DNA of 64,000 bases from NCBI GenBank assembly GCA_026936335.1, contig JAPMXV010000044.1, forward strand, positions 186,001-250,000, written 5' to 3'. The stretch is from Mantamonas sphyraenae STR306. Lineage: Eukaryota > Protista > CRuMs. Below, in pieces: positions 46,611 to 61,500 of the stretch (position 1 is its first letter; each line of letters starts with the position of its first letter). Both the position numbers and the translations under genes were made by a program. Under the pieces are notes generated by a model, which saw nothing but the letters and a program-made list of their open reading frames with translations, did no database searches and was not told where the DNA came from.

Positions 46611-48581
46611 ATGTCCTCGTCATTGCTCATTGAACTCAGCGACAGCGACAACGACAGCGACAACGACAGCGACAGCGGAAGTGCGAGCGACGATTCGGTC
46701 GACGATGTCCTTGCCATCATCGACACCATCGGCAAGCTTCCGAGCACACGTGTTCTTGCCACATCATCATACAGCACTCCACAGACGCGTCACAGTCCGC
46801 TTAGACCCCGGTCGCACCATGCGCAGGCAAGCACGTCAGCACAGTCCAGGTCCTCGGGACGCAGCACTGATCACCACTCTCCCCGCCGCGCCGTCTCCTC
46901 GCTGCACAGGACGACAGAGATGCATTTGCCAAACACGCCTGTCTCCCAACGTAGTCTCACCCCAGGCATCGACTCACCAAAGGATGCTATGCGTCACCGC
47001 AAGCGGGCCGAGTTTGAGACGGTATATCGTGTTGGGCCGGCACGCAAGCGTATGCGCATTGTTTTCGACCCAACCATGTATCCAGATGACGTCGAACGTC
47101 GCTCCCAACCCACACGCACCACGTCCCCCTCTGCCTCTTCCTCCGCTTCCTCCGTGCAGCGGCCCGTGCAACGCCCTTCCCCCTCAGCCCACCGCTATCA
47201 AGGCCTCAGCGACGAGCAGGTCACCAACCACCTACGCAACGAACTCGCTGTGATGCATGAACTCTTCTCCGACAGCAACACGTCATGGAATCGGCGCACC
47301 CCGCCACGAACAAACCGCAACAACAACGACAAAGGCAAGCAACCGCGCATCGTGTCTCCTACCTCTCCCCATTCACAATCATCAACGTCCTCTGTCGAGC
47401 TGTTCTCCGTTTCCCCCATGAGAAGCACCACGACCAAAAGAACAACCTCCACCGCCACAGCCGCCATCACGACTTCGCGAGCAACATTGACAACGACAAC
47501 AACAACAACAACCAGCACATCAAGTACCTCCTCATCCTCATCCTCATCCTCATCCTCATCTTCATCCTCATCCTCATCCTCATCCTCATCCTCATCCTCA
47601 GTCTCGGCACGATCACAACCGAGATCAGTGTCCAGCTCGTCCAAACAGACCCAACACAGGTCCACATCCAAGGACCATATCCAAGTCGTGTCTCCCGACA
47701 CAGACTTGTTTCAGCAAGTGTACAGCGCCTGGCTGCGCAACCAGAGCGAACTCGACGACGCGCGGGGCAAACTCTCCACACGCTCCTCCTGGTCCTTTCG
47801 CTCACCCAGCAGCCAAATGGTCACCTCCCGCACAGAAAGCGATACCTTCCTTCTCACATTTCGTCGCCATCTTGGAGGCCAGCCCTTCTCTACCCGCGAG
47901 TGGATCGTAGAAAAGCCTGTGGTGTGGGTGCTCCCCATCCGCGACGCCCTCCAGTATTACGACACAGATACCATGGGCGACAACATCAGTGACATCCTCT
48001 CCAGTCTCTCCATACGCAACGAGGAGCTCCTCATCATCATTGTCGGCCTCCAGTCCCACGCCCTTCGCCACGACAACCACGCCCCGCGGGACATCGACGC
48101 CCTCCAACACCACCGAACACGCACACACATCCACCAGCTCCCAGACTTTGTTCGCTTCTCCTTCAAGGTCAAAGTTCTGTGCGCCGAGACCTACGACGAG
48201 GTCGGCCTTCGCCTTTGCAGCATCACAAAGGTCCTTTCCAAGGACCATGAAGCCTACACTCCTGTGCCCATCCTTGGTCGCGACACAGAGACTTCCATTC
48301 GCAACAGCACCGCCTTGCGCCCCATGCAAGTCCTCAGCAAGATGCTCGTCACTGCCCGTGGCGTCACCGCACGCTCCATGGAGGCCATCGCCAACTCTTC
48401 CGACCCTGTCTATACCTTTCGCGAGTTGATGCACATCCTCACCCAAGCACGCAACCAGAACAACCAATCGGGCTCCTCACTCCTCCTCCACAACCTCTAC
48501 GGATGGAACAAACCCTCCTCCCAGCGCATCCACCGCATTCTCCTCGCACGTGATCCTATGGATGAGCCTCAAAAATCATGA
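46611..48581 (+). CDS. Probable EME1/Mms4-like ERCC4-family protein with long Ser-rich N-terminus
   Basis: C-terminal pattern KMLVTARGVT..AIA..TFREL..SQRIHRILLARDP resembles the EME1 HhH region. Confidence 0.5.
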   Translation: MSSSLLIELSDSDNDSDNDSDSGSASDDSVDDVLAIIDTIGKLPSTRVLATSSYSTPQTRHSPLRPRSHHAQASTSAQSRSSGRSTDHHSPRRAVSSLHRTTEMHLPNTPVSQRSLTPGIDSPKDAMRHRKRAEFETVYRVGPARKRMRIVFDPTMYPDDVERRSQPTRTTSPSASSSASSVQRPVQRPSPSAHRYQGLSDEQVTNHLRNELAVMHELFSDSNTSWNRRTPPRTNRNNNDKGKQPRIVSPTSPHSQSSTSSVELFSVSPMRSTTTKRTTSTATAAITTSRATLTTTTTTTTSTSSTSSSSSSSSSSSSSSSSSSSSSSSSVSARSQPRSVSSSSKQTQHRSTSKDHIQVVSPDTDLFQQVYSAWLRNQSELDDARGKLSTRSSWSFRSPSSQMVTSRTESDTFLLTFRRHLGGQPFSTREWIVEKPVVWVLPIRDALQYYDTDTMGDNISDILSSLSIRNEELLIIIVGLQSHALRHDNHAPRDIDALQHHRTRTHIHQLPDFVRFSFKVKVLCAETYDEVGLRLCSITKVLSKDHEAYTPVPILGRDTETSIRNSTALRPMQVLSKMLVTARGVTARSMEAIANSSDPVYTFRELMHILTQARNQNNQSGSSLLLHNLYGWNKPSSQRIHRILLARDPMDEPQKS

Positions 48582-48591
48582 TTCATTCTCC

Positions 48592-51061
48592 TCACAGATG
48601 GTCCACCGCCTTGCCAAACTCCAGCAGCTCCTCTTCCAGCACCTCCAGCAGCGTTTCGCCTTCCTGCAGAAACTGCTCCGGATGCGCCACATCGAACAAC
48701 AGCGAGTCCATCATCTGCTTGCTCCCGGCCATTGTTTCCATCTTGTCCTTCATCTTCAGGATTCCGTTCTTCAGCGCCTCCTCCTCCTCCATCCGTGTCA
48801 TGCGCATGGACGTCACTTCGTCCTTCACCTTTGCCAGTGCACTCTGCGCCTCCCCCAGCCTCTGTCGCAACGTCTCCTCCTCACTCCGCAGGTACTCCAC
48901 TTCTGTTTCGACGCTCTTCACAGCTAGCATCCCATGTCTCGCCTCCTCTTCCGCAATCCCGGCCTCCTCCTTCAGCTTCCTCTTCTTTGCCCGCTTCTTC
49001 TCCAGCTTTGCCTCCAGGCTCCTCACCTGCTCCCTAATCCTGCCAATTTCCATCTCTACACGTGCATACTCGTCGTTCTTGAACTGCGCCAGCTTTGCGG
49101 TGACCCCCGCCTTTTCGCTTTCCAACCGGCTGCGATCAGCGTGTGCTCCATCCAGCGCACTCTTCACCTCATCCAGCTCTCCTTGCAGAGCATCCACCTC
49201 CTCCTGATCTTCCTTGCTTACACCTTGCTGCTTGCTCGCTAGCTCCAGAATCTCCTTGTTCACCGCATCAACCTGTGCGGTGTTTTCTGCTCGCCTCCGC
49301 TTCAACTCCTGCTTCATCGCTTCGATTTCACCGTCCTTTGCAATCATTTCCTCCTCGTGCAGCTCTTGCCGTTCCAGGAGCTCCTCTTTCAGTTCAAGAA
49401 CCTCCAGCTCGGCTGTTTCGAGCTCCATCGCAAGCTGCTGCTGACGCGCTTTGTCAAAGTGTGCGCTGGTCTGCTCCTTTTGCGCCACTGTCTGTGCATG
49501 CGACAGACTTGCTTCTGCCTTTTGCCGCTTCTCCTCTGCTATCCGGTGCTCCTGCTCCAAAGCAGCCAGTGCGTCTTGCTGAACTCGCACACTGTCTGCC
49601 AGCTCCTCCCTTGCTCCTTCCTCCTTCACCGCTTCCCGTTCTGCTGCTGCTGCTGCCTCCTCTAAAGCGGCTGCACGAGCTTCCAGCTCCTCCAGCCCAT
49701 TGTCTTTGCTGAACGGTCCATCTGCGACCACGGCCTCCTGGACGGCTGGCTTTGGCTCGGGTTCAACAACAGCAACAGGTTCGGGCTCAGGTTCAGGTTC
49801 AGGTTCGGGTTCGGGTTCAGGTTCGGGCTCAGGTTCAGGTTCAGGTTCGGGTTCGGGCTCGGGTTCGGGTTCGGGTTCAGGTTCAGGTTCAGGTTCGGGT
49901 TCCAGTGCGCTTGTCAATTCACCACCACTACTGCTCCCACTACTGCTCCCGCTGCTGCTCCCACTACTGCTCCCGCTGCTGCTCCCAACAACCCCTTCGG
50001 GCAATTCCACAAGCTTGGCGTTGTCGCTGGCAAACTGGAACATGGTGTTGCAATCGCCCGACGCAGTCGATCCTCCCAACAAGAACGCTCGCTTGCCAGC
50101 TTGCACATAAGAGGCGTCCCCTCGTTCCTCAGGCCACATAAAGCCGCCCTTTGTGCTGTTGCCGCCGTCGACGCGTCCGTCCACCTGCTTCCAGGCCATG
50201 CTCTCCATATCCAACACCGCCAATTGGTTGCACAGTCCATCACTCGTGTATCCGCCAAAGAAAAACACAAACGAGTCCTTGACGACGGAGCGGTGGCCCC
50301 AGCGGCCTGCGGGTGCGTTTCCGCTGACTTGTGGCGTTGTCCACTGCAGTGAATCGGTGTCAAACAGATGGAGGTCGTTCAAAGCTTCCCCAGATGCGTC
50401 TTGGCCTCCAAACAGAACCAGTTGCGTGCCCATGGATGCTGTGCTGTGGCCAAAGCGAGGCGAAGGTGCGTTGTCCAAGCCCACCTGGGTCCACGAGTTG
50501 CGCTTGGTGTCCAGCACGTGCATGTCGTTCAAGACACCATCTTCGTTCTTGCCACCAAACTGCGTGGGGTGTGCGGGGAAACCGTGCAAGAAACTGTGTG
50601 AGCGACGAGAGGGTTCGGGATGCGCTAGCGTGGCCGAAATTGCTTACCAGGCAGGCATACTGGTCATTGACCAGGTCGCAGGAGTGGAAATAGCGTCCTG
50701 TGGGCGGGCTGCCGGTGAGACGTGGGCGCTGCCACACGAGTTTGGCCAAATCGAGCACGGCCACGTCTTGCTTGATGTCTCCGCTTTCGTCGACGCCAAA
50801 AAACACAAACCAGCGGCTGGGAGCCACCAACACGGCTGCATGGCCAAACCGCGGCTCCGGGGGTGACCCTTTCACATCCGGAGCCATCCATGCCATCAGT
50901 CCCGCGCACGAAAGCTGGTGGACGTCGCTGTGTGCCACGCCGCCCACGTTGCCACCGTACACAAACATCTTGTTGTCAAAGAACACCGCCGTGTGTGCAT
51001 GACATGCTGCGGGTCCCTTGCCCCGCACCTTGGTCAGTGTCCAGGGCGACTTTGTGGACAT
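48592..51061 (-). CDS. Kelch-repeat protein with (EP)n linker and long coiled coil, 2 exons
   Basis: Repeated P.PRFGH..LFGG blades, PE repeat, heptad-rich C-terminus. Confidence 0.85.
49778..49903 (-). repeat. Coding hexamer repeat encoding (EP)~21
   Basis: GGTTCR/GGCTCR tandem array. Confidence 0.9.
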
Positions 51062-51119
51062 GCTGAATCAACAACGACAACGACAAACCAGTCCTTTGTT
51101 TGCTTCCACCGGCGCCTCC

Positions 51120-52711
51120 TCACTCATCCTTGCCCCAGCGCAGGCCATGGCGCTCAAAGTGGCGCTTAACGTGCTCACGCACAAAGATGGCGCCTTCCAA
51201 CTCGGTGGCGGTGGTACGCAGCGCATCTGGAACGAATTCTCCGTTCAGTGCAGCCGCACCCACCATCATCGATTGATGAAAGTCATGCACAGGCAAAGTT
51301 GGCTCATCATGCATGCGTGCGGTCCACACGCGTGCCAGCTCGTGCTCCGGCGCCTTCATCGGCAGATCCTTGCGCGGGCTGCTGCGCTTTGTCAGCAGCT
51401 TGGCAAACGAGCCAGCCCAGCAGTCGCGTGCCGTCAGACAACCCGAAATGTTGAAAATGTCCTTGATCGTAGCCAGCACCGAGGAGTGGGTGTACTGCGA
51501 CGTCGACTTGGGGCCCTCGGGCTTGTGCACCACCTGGTGGTCCAGCATGGGCGAAATCAGCAGGCTGGGCACACGCACACCAAGCCGATCAAACTTAAAG
51601 TCAAATTCCTTGCCCACAATGTTGTCCGGCGAAGGAACGCCTTCCGTGGGCGGCGGCACGTGGTCGTACAGGCCTCCATGCTCATCAAACGTCACAATCA
51701 ACAGCGTCTCCTCCCACACAGGTGAGCCGCGCAGAGCGTCGTAGATCTGTTTGATAAACTGCTCGCCAGCAGTCACACTGTGCTGCGGCGGGTGCATGTC
51801 TGTCGACGGCGAGCCCGGGATCGAAAAGAACCGCGGCTCGATGTACGTCACCTGCGGCAGGTTGCCTGCGGCTGCGTCGCTAAGGAAGGTCTCGAAGCTA
51901 CGGAAGTTGCTCAGTGAGTTGACGTTGCGCATGTCGTCGTAGAACATGATCGTCGAAATGTCGTCCGCGCAGTAGATGCGGTACGACACGTTGTGCTGCT
52001 CCAGAAAGTGATACATGCTCTCCTGCGGGAAGCCTTGCACATACTCCACGTCGTCGGGGTTGTCCACCCAGCCGTGTGACGACGAGCTGTGCAGAAACAT
52101 ACGGTTCACCTCAGTTGGGCCCGGGTGTCCTGCATGCCACGCGTCCACCACCGCAAAGTTCTTGGCCAGAAACTCCAGCACCGGAATGTTCTCCACAGGC
52201 TGGCACGCCATCACCTGCTCAACGTGCGTGCGGTTCTTGTCCGTCATGGCCTGGTTCCACACAAACCCGTCCATTTTGGCTGCCCCGGACACTTTGGGCT
52301 GTCCGTACGCCTCATGCAGTGTCGACATGAAGCTGTGTCCTGCGTTTGGCGTGTCGTAGTCCGAGCCATGGTTCGACACACGTACTACGCCGCTGCTTTC
52401 GTTGCCCGGAATCCACGTGTTGAACTCGTCTCCCGTGATCCCATCCAGGTCCGGAATTTCACTCTTGAGGTATCCTGAGTGTGGTTTATGTGCATCCGTG
52501 TTAAATTCAAAGTCCTATGCTGCCTCTGTGAACCGTGCTCGCGCGTTTGATTGCACCACAAGCCTCCCGTTTTTTTTCCTTCTCCCCACCTACCCAGCAG
52601 GTGGTCGAACGACCGGTTCTCGTCCATCATGAACACAACATGTTTGATAGGCGACGCATGCGCCACCATCATCACAAAGAACAAGCATAGGGTGACCGTT
52701 TGCGAACGCAT
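51120..52711 (-). CDS. Secreted phosphoesterase / non-specific phospholipase C, spliced
   Basis: IKHVVFMMDENRSFDHLLG, PGPTEVNR, TFDEHGGLYDHVPP, RLGVRVP. Confidence 0.9.
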
Positions 52712-52755
52712 TGTGCTTTATGTTTGAGTGTGCCGTCGCAAGCGTGCCAGCACTC

Positions 52756-54365
52756 TTAGAAGGTGGTACCAAACTCCATGTTGGTTGTGATGTGCTTGTG
52801 TTGGAACCACCAGACCGTCCAGAGGACGAGGAGGGCCAAAAGCATGCCGGCAAGGACGAAAAAGGTGGTACTGCTGGTGATACTCACGCTGGTGAGGGCG
52901 GACTGGATGACCGTCTGCACAATGTACTGGAAGAAGGTGTTGCTGGCAAACAGCATCACGTTCTTGTCGCGGCTAACAATATGGGCCTGCGAGGCCTTGC
53001 CTGTGTTGTTGACGAAATTCTGCAGCAGTTCAAAGGACACCACGGTGGCGTAGGCCATGATCAGATTCACCGACAGGGCCAACAGCACCATGACCACCAC
53101 CATGAGAAACATGGTGAACATCATGATCAACTCTGTGTTCCAGTGGTCTGACGTGAGGTGCAACCTTTTCCAGGAGCCAGCGAACAGCGACCCAGCCGTG
53201 GCCATCAATCGTGCCACGGCCATCAAATACCCGTTGTTGTTGGACGACGAGTCCAGGTCGCGGAACAGCGACCATTGAAACTTTTCCACCAGGTTGGCCA
53301 CCGCCCGGCCAAGCCAGATCCAGAAAGCCCAGAACCAGAGCTTGGGCTGAAGTACAGGCAGGCCTGCGCTGTAGATGTCCATCAGTTTGTCCTTGGGATC
53401 GACATTGAGCGACCACAAATCGTTCAACACCGTCTGCGAATTGATGTAAAACCTGTCCCGTCCCTGCGGCGACAGCACCCCTGTGGCGACACTGGCGCGT
53501 CGAGACTTGAGCTCCTCTGCCGTGAGGCCACTCTTCTTGCGATCGGACGCTGTGCTCATGCTTCGGTTGGCCAGCTCGGCGCCGTCGTCGGACGCCGTCG
53601 AGATGGACCGGTTCTTGGTCGACGGTGCCTTGGCAGGCGGTTCTTCCACATTGGCTATGGGTGTAAACGCAAAGGAGAGGCCCAAAGCAACAATGCTAAA
53701 CGCAAACGCCAGCCAAAACACAATGTCCCAGTCGACGTTGGCGCCGATGAGCGCCTGGCCGAGCAGCGCGGAACAGACCTCGCCTACAAGGGCAGTGGCC
53801 TGCAAGGTGCCTGTGAGCACCTGGAACCGGTCTGCTTGGCACACGAAATAGATGTATGTGAAGAAGATGACGTTACTAGCTCGGCCTAGCCCACTAAAGG
53901 CTTCGGAGAGTTGAAGGACACCCACGTCGTTGCTCACAAGGACCAACAGCGACGTCACTGTGCGTCCAATGGCACCGCCAACGACAAGAGGCTTGAGCGC
54001 TGTGCGGCCGTAAAAGACTGAAATGGGATGATGGCGGCGTGGGTGGGTCAGTGACGCGCAAGGGGCGGTGAAAAAGGCGAGTGGACGGCATGAGCTCCCT
54101 GAAGAAGGCGCCGGCGCCCGCTTCTTTGGAAGGCTCGCACGGGCGGAGACGTACAGTACAGGACGCCGTAAGCGACGACGCAGAAGAGCATAGAGAATGT
54201 CCAGACAGGGTAGATGCTGTTGTCGACGACCTTTGCTTCGATGCCCTTCTGCAGGGTCAGATACGGCGTCAAAAAGGCTTTGCTGGGGTTGAAGTGGCTA
54301 GCAAAGCCATAGAGGTGAAGAATCAGGACGGGCCTGTCCTTCAGAATCTCTACCAAAGCACCCAT
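52756..54365 (-). CDS. SLC19-like reduced folate/thiamine transporter, spliced
   Basis: LYGF..FNPSKAFLTPYL..IYPVWTFS, ~12 TM segments, NGYLMA. Confidence 0.8.
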
Positions 54366-54665
54366 GAGTGTGGGTGGTTCGGGTGGGATGGGATGATTTG
54401 TGGAGAGGTGGTTTGGGTGGCAACGCCGTCGAAGCGAGGGCGCCAGCCATGGCCATCCCATGACCAGCTATAGGAAAGCACACACAACTGTCAGAAACAG
54501 GGTTGTGCTCCCGTACCCAGTTTGAACACGCGCAACGATCACAACACCGCCTTTCACGGCTTGCATCCTCAACAAGAAAGTCAAGTCAATGTGAAACGTC
54601 AATGGGGATTGGTGTTCATGTGTGTTCCGGTTGTGGGCGCACTTTGGTGCGAGTGGCGTCCCTCA

Positions 54666-55904
54666 TCAGTACAGAGAACCCTGCTGGGCGGTCAGCAGAC
54701 GCTCCTTGGCCAGCTTCTTCTTGCTCACCTTCTTGGAGCCGCTTGCCTCCTCGGTCGGTCCAGCCACGGCAACCTCGCCCTCCTCCAGGATCAGCTCAAT
54801 GTGGCAGCGAGAGCGCTTGTACGCGCCAATGCGGCCGTGGGCGCGGTATGTACGACGGTGACCCTTGGGTGCACGCTGCACCTGGATGTGCGTCACGCGC
54901 AGCTTATCCACGTCCAGCGACTGCTCCACAGCGTTCGACTCTGCGTTCTCCAGCAGACCAATCATAAACTTGGTTGCCTTCTCCGGCCAGCGACCCTTCG
55001 TCGTGTTCCAAGCCTTCGCCTGAGCCTTGCGCGACACACCACCAGTGTACCTGCAACACCCCACCCGACCCGCATGCGACAAAACACACACACAGCCCCA
55101 CTGTCAGCATCCACTCCTCCTCACTCCGTCAATCCCCTCTCTCCCGCTCCTCCATCCACACTTTCAAGCACACACTCCCCTCCTCATCCCTCCCTTCCAC
55201 CCTCCTTGGGCAACCCGCCACAACTCACTTGTTGAAAGGAACAATCTCCTGGTGAGCCAGCACGTTCTTCAGGAACGTCTTGGCACGCTTCAGCGGCATG
55301 CGGCGGATGGCTGTACACACATTCCAGTCACACACACGTCCCATCGTCGTCCACGTACGTCATCCAACCGTGTCAGCCGACTCTCCAACCTGTGCTCCCA
55401 CTCCAAAAACACCTGGCCCCAACGCATGCAAAAAACACCCGCCCCTCACACCGCCCCTCTCCTTCCTTCCCCTGCCCCTCCCTCTCTCCACCCATCCCGT
55501 CCCCCTCTCCCCACATCCCGTCACTCCTCCTCCATCCCAAACTCACCGTGGCCAACCTCTCGCGCCGTCTTGTAGCGAACTAAACCCAGTTGCCGCAGCA
55601 AATCGCACCCGCCGAGTCAGCCCTCTTTGTCCCGCCACACCCTTACCATACCCTTCCCACACCCACGACGACACATGTGCATCTGTGTGTGTCCTGCCGC
55701 TTGGCTCTACACACACACAGAGCAGCCCTGCTGTCCTCTGCAGTGCACAAGAAGCTGCGCAATGTGCTCTGGCGAGCAGCAGCAGCAACCCATTCGATAT
55801 CCCTCCACCGTTACGTGCTCGCACTGCAACTTACTGCTCAGGTAGCTGCCCTGCGCACGGCACGACTTGTTCGTGTTGGGCTTCACACTGTACTTCTTCA
55901 CCAT
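54666..55904 (-). CDS. RPL17: 60S ribosomal protein L17 (uL22), 4 exons
   Basis: [33 protein letters not shown]. Confidence 0.92.
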
Positions 55905-56018
55905 CGAGACAAAAGGGTTTGGTTTGCATACGCAGCGCGCGCGTGTGTTTCGTGCTCAGCTAGCAGATGGAATTGAGAATCGATGTGCATTTGTGTGTTG
56001 CATGCCCGCCGAGCAGAG

Positions 56019-57475
56019 TTACTCGAGCGCAGCGGCACCAGAAATAATCTCGATGAGCTCGGTGGTGATGACCGCCTGGCGCTTGCGGTTGTACTGGATT
56101 TCCAGCTTGCCGATCATGTCACCGCAGTTGCGCGTGGCGTTGTCCATGGCCGTCATGCGGGCAGAAATCTCCGAGGCCGTGGTCTCGACCAGGCCGTAGA
56201 AGATGGTGTTGGCCAGGTGGAACTGGTACAGCGAGTCGAAGCAGTCGCCTTCGTACTCGAACTTGTCCACGTACGCAGAAAACTCCTCGCTGCGGTTCTC
56301 CGTGTCCGACAGCTCCTTGAGCGACGGGAAGCTGCGCTGGCGCTGCTCAAACGCAATCACCGATTGGAACTCGTTGTACACCACGCTCAGCACATCCCAG
56401 TCCTGCTTCAGCAGCTCGTTCGCAACCAGAGACGACTGCATGAAGCTGTTTGCAGCAAGAGACACCCGCGTGTGTACGTGTGCGTGTGTGTGTGTGTCCT
56501 GTGTCAGCCTTCTCTCCCTCCCCCTCTCGAGGTTGCCTAAACACGGCGGCGACTTACTTGAGGTCCTTGCTGATGTTGGTGAATGTCTGGGTGTACAGGT
56601 TGGCGACGTCGCGCTGCAGACCAAGCACACCTTTCTCACCAATGACGTTCAGGGTCACGTTGCTGGTGTCCGTGCCGGCGAGGTCGTTGCGCACCTTGCG
56701 AACAATCGACGAGTTCACGCCGCCGCACAGACCACGGTCCGAGGTCATGGCCACGATCAGGTGCTTCTTGTCGCTGGGCACCTCGTCCATCTCGATCTTG
56801 TTGAAGAAAGAATCCGTGCCGGTGATGTACCTATGCGTGGCGTGTGTGCGAAAACGCACCGTGTGAGTCGCCAGAGGGGAAAAATCGCAGCCCGCTTCCC
56901 TTCCGACCCCTCTCGCAGCGCCCTTGCGCGTCACCTACTTGCGTGCATCGCTCAAGCTCTTCTCGGCGCCCTTGAGCTTAGCAGCTGCCACCATCTTCAT
57001 CGATGCCGTGATCTTCTTGATGCTCTCGACCGACGTCTTGCGGTTCTTGACTACGCGCGCCACACACCGGCGAAAACACACGCAACGCCCAACGGCACGT
57101 CAGTTTCCATGCGCCACATAGTCTCTCTCTCCGCCCCGACCCATCTATGCCTTCCCTCTCAGTCTCCTCTACCCCCTTTGCCAACGTACTCTCCTTCAGC
57201 GTAGCCATGTTGCGCACCGTCAGACCGTTTGCCGCGCTGTGCCGAATCGCATGGTCAGTTTTCGCTCCTGCCGCACACCTCGCGCCTCCTCCGCACCCTC
57301 TGCGCACACGCTCTCTGCCTGATCACTTGCCAAGGCCTGGAGACCTGCCCTTGGCCCGCCGTTGTGCACGTCCCCGTGCTCCTACTTACCTCTGCTGCAC
57401 GCTCGACGACGAAGTCGAGGACATCAGGCTGGCCACGGAAGCCTTCGGGGTGGATTTGACGACTCGGGTAAACAT
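56019..57475 (-). CDS. ATP5F1C: Mitochondrial ATP synthase gamma subunit, multi-exon
   Basis: KITASMKMVAAAK, TSDRGLCGGVNS, SARMTAMDNAT, RQAVITTELIEIISGA. Ser/Arg-rich transit peptide. Confidence 0.93.
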
Positions 57476-57600
57476 TTGTCGGCTGATCACACATCCCACA
57501 ACACCGCGCAGGGTCAGCACACCGTACATCCACACCCGTCTCTCTCCCTCTCTCTCTCCGCTTCCCCCCTTTGGCACCCAACAATGGTTCCTGGACGTCA

Positions 57601-58411
<811 letters not shown>

Positions 58412-58511
58412 GTCAGCAGGTGCGAGTTCGATGGGTTTGACACACCTGCGCCCTCACCCTCCCAACCCGTCCACACGCGACTGAGAAACAACACACGCCT
58501 CTCCAACATCC

Positions 58512-61500
58512 ATGTCTACTCGGGGCCGACGAAGCGACAGCGACGCTTCCAACGCCAGTAGCCACAGCGACGATTCGTCCGACGTCGAGCACGACGACAC
58601 AGAGACCTGGCAAGAGGCCAAGCAGCGCCGTGCCATCACTGCCAAGAACCGCGAAAAGCAGAATGCCCTACTCCTCAAGCGCAACGAAGGCACCACCGAC
58701 AAACGCCTCCGCTACCTCAGCAAGCTCACAGACGGCTTCTTCCTGGGTGGGCCTCTGGCCTCCGACAGCTCAAAGTCCACATCCAAGGCCGCCTCTACTT
58801 CCTCCACCTCCTCCTCGTCCACCTCCTCCCCGTCCACCACACAGTCACCCTCCAAGCGCAAGCGCATGACCGAGAGCGCAGAGGACGCCGAGCTGCTCAA
58901 GGCTCAGAAGATCTCGACAGGTCCCACCCGCCTCACCACACAGCCTGAATGCGTCAAGAACGGCATCATGAAAGACTACCAGCTGCGCGGCCTCAACTGG
59001 CTTATCGGTCTGTATGACAACGGCATCAACGGTATCCTTGCAGACGAAATGGTACGCGCGGCGTGTCCGGTTCCTGATGATTCGTGATCACCCCCGCCAA
59101 AAATACGAAATCGTGCTGACACCTGCCCCAACACACCCTGCTTTGGCTCTGTGCACACAATCATGTGCCTGCGCCACACACACTCACCCTTCTGCACCTC
59201 TTGCAATCCCACGTGCAGGGGCTGGGCAAGACCATGCAGACGATTTCGCTGCTGGGCTACCTGAAAACCGTCCGCGACGTGCCGGGTCCTCACATCATCA
59301 TTGTGCCCAAATCCACACAGCTCAACTGGATGAAGGAGATCCGCAGGTGGTGCCCTGTGCTGCGGCCCATCATGCTCGACGGAAACAAAAAGGATCGTGC
59401 CGAGCTGATTGACAAGGAGCTGAAGCCAGGTGCCTTTGACATCCTCGTCTGCTCCTACCAGATTGCCATGATTGAAAAGAGCGCCATCAACAAGTTTGCC
59501 TGGCAGTACATTGTCATCGACGAGGCCCACCGCATCAAGAACGAACAGTCCTCTCTCAGCAAGGTCGTGCGGATGTTCAGCACCCAGAACCGCCTCCTCA
59601 TCACAGGGACCCCTCTCCAGAACAACCTTCACGAACTCTGGGCCCTCCTCAACTTCCTCCTGCCCGACGTGTTTTCCGACGACGAGCAATTCGATGACTG
59701 GTTCCAGCTCGAGGGCAAAGACGTCGACGCACAGAACCAGGTCGTCTCCAAGCTCCACCGCATCCTCAGCCCGTTCCTCTTGCGCCGCCTCAAGAAGGAA
59801 GTCCAGAGCAACCTGCCTCCCAAAATCGAGACGAAGCTCTACGTTGGCCTCAGCGAGAGCCAACGCAAGCTGTACGTGGACATCCTCAGCAAGGACATGA
59901 GTGCCCTCAACGGAGCCAAAGGAACCACCAAGAGCCTCCTCCAGAACATTTGCATGCACCTGCGCAAGGTCTGCAACCATCCTTACCTCTTTGACGGCGT
60001 GGAGCCAGGCCCGCCGTTTGAAGACGGCCCACACCTCATCCATGCCAGCGGCAAGCTGTCCATCCTGCACCGCCTCCTGGCCAAACTGCAGAGCAAGGGC
60101 TCGCGCGTTCTCATCTTCAGCCAGATGACACGCATGCTGGATATCCTTGAGGATTACTGCGTCATGGAGGGCCACACCTTTTGCCGCATCGACGGCACCA
60201 CGGACGGCGACGAACGCGAAGCTCAGATCGAGCAGTTCAACGCCCCGGGTTCAGGCATCTTTGTGTTTCTCCTCAGCACACGTGCAGGCGGCCTAGGCAT
60301 CAACCTGGCCACCGCAGACACCGTTGTGCTCTACGACAGCGATTGGAACCCCCAAATGGACCTCCAGGCACAGGACAGGGCACATCGTATCGGCCAGACC
60401 AGGCCTGTATCCATCTACCGCTTCATTTGCGAGGACACAATCGAAGAGAAAATCATCGAACGCGCCGACATGAAGCTGCGCCTGGACGCCATTGTCGTCC
60501 AACAGGGACGCCTGGCTGAGTCCGACCGCTCCCTGGGCAAGGACGACATGGTGGACATGATCCGCTTCGGCGCAGACCGCGTCTTCAAGTCGTCCAAGTC
60601 AACCATCAGCGACGAGGACATCGACAGCATCCTGGAGCGCGGCAAGCAAAAGACAGCCGAACTTCAGGCCAAATACGATGAGATGAGCGAGGGCGCCATC
60701 AAGGCCTTTTCCATGGATTCCACCTTTGACATGTACGAGTTTCAGGGAAAGAGCTTCCGCGACGGCACAGGCGGCAGTGGACCCCAGAAAGAGGCCGCCT
60801 CCAACTGGATTGCCCCACCCGAGCGCACAAGCAAGTCCAAGGCCGGCACATACTCTGTCTCTGCCTACTACCGTGACACCCTCGCCACAAATTCGGCCAG
60901 GGACAAAAAGAAGTCGAGTGGTGAACGATTGCCCAAGCCCCGTGCGCCGGAACTCTTGCGCGAATGGCAGTTCCCCGGCGAACGCCTCATTGCCCTCCAC
61001 GCCAAAGAGATGGAGTTGTACAAGCGCCAGCGAGCCATGTGGTCCAAGCTGAAGCAAATGCGACGCCAGCGTAGGGCTGGCATGCAGGTCGAAGACGACA
61101 CCGCCGGCAAAAAGACCGCACCCAAGAAGAAAAAGAACGCCAGCGCCGCTGATGACGAGGACAAGGATGAGGGTGATGATGACGAAGACGACGATGACGA
61201 CGACGAGAACGACGACGACGACGAGAGCGAGGATGCTACGAAGAAGCCGAGCGATGAGGAAAAGCAGCTGTTGGAGACGTACCAGGAGCTGTTGAGCCAG
61301 GAGGCGCTGAGCGAACGGGAGCAAACAGAAAAGGAGCGCCTGGTGAAGAAGATCCTGTTCCCGGAGTGGACCAAGGGAGACATGCACGCGTTTGCCACAG
61401 CATGCGGCGAGCATGGACGAGAAAACTTGCAAGCCATCTGCAAAGACCTGGGCGAAGTGCACACAGCACGGGAAATCAAAGAGTACCACAGCACGTTCTT

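Noticed and set aside
55050-55833. snoRNAs in RPL17 introns
   Set aside because: No convincing C/D or H/ACA box pair seen; only an 8-bp inverted repeat.
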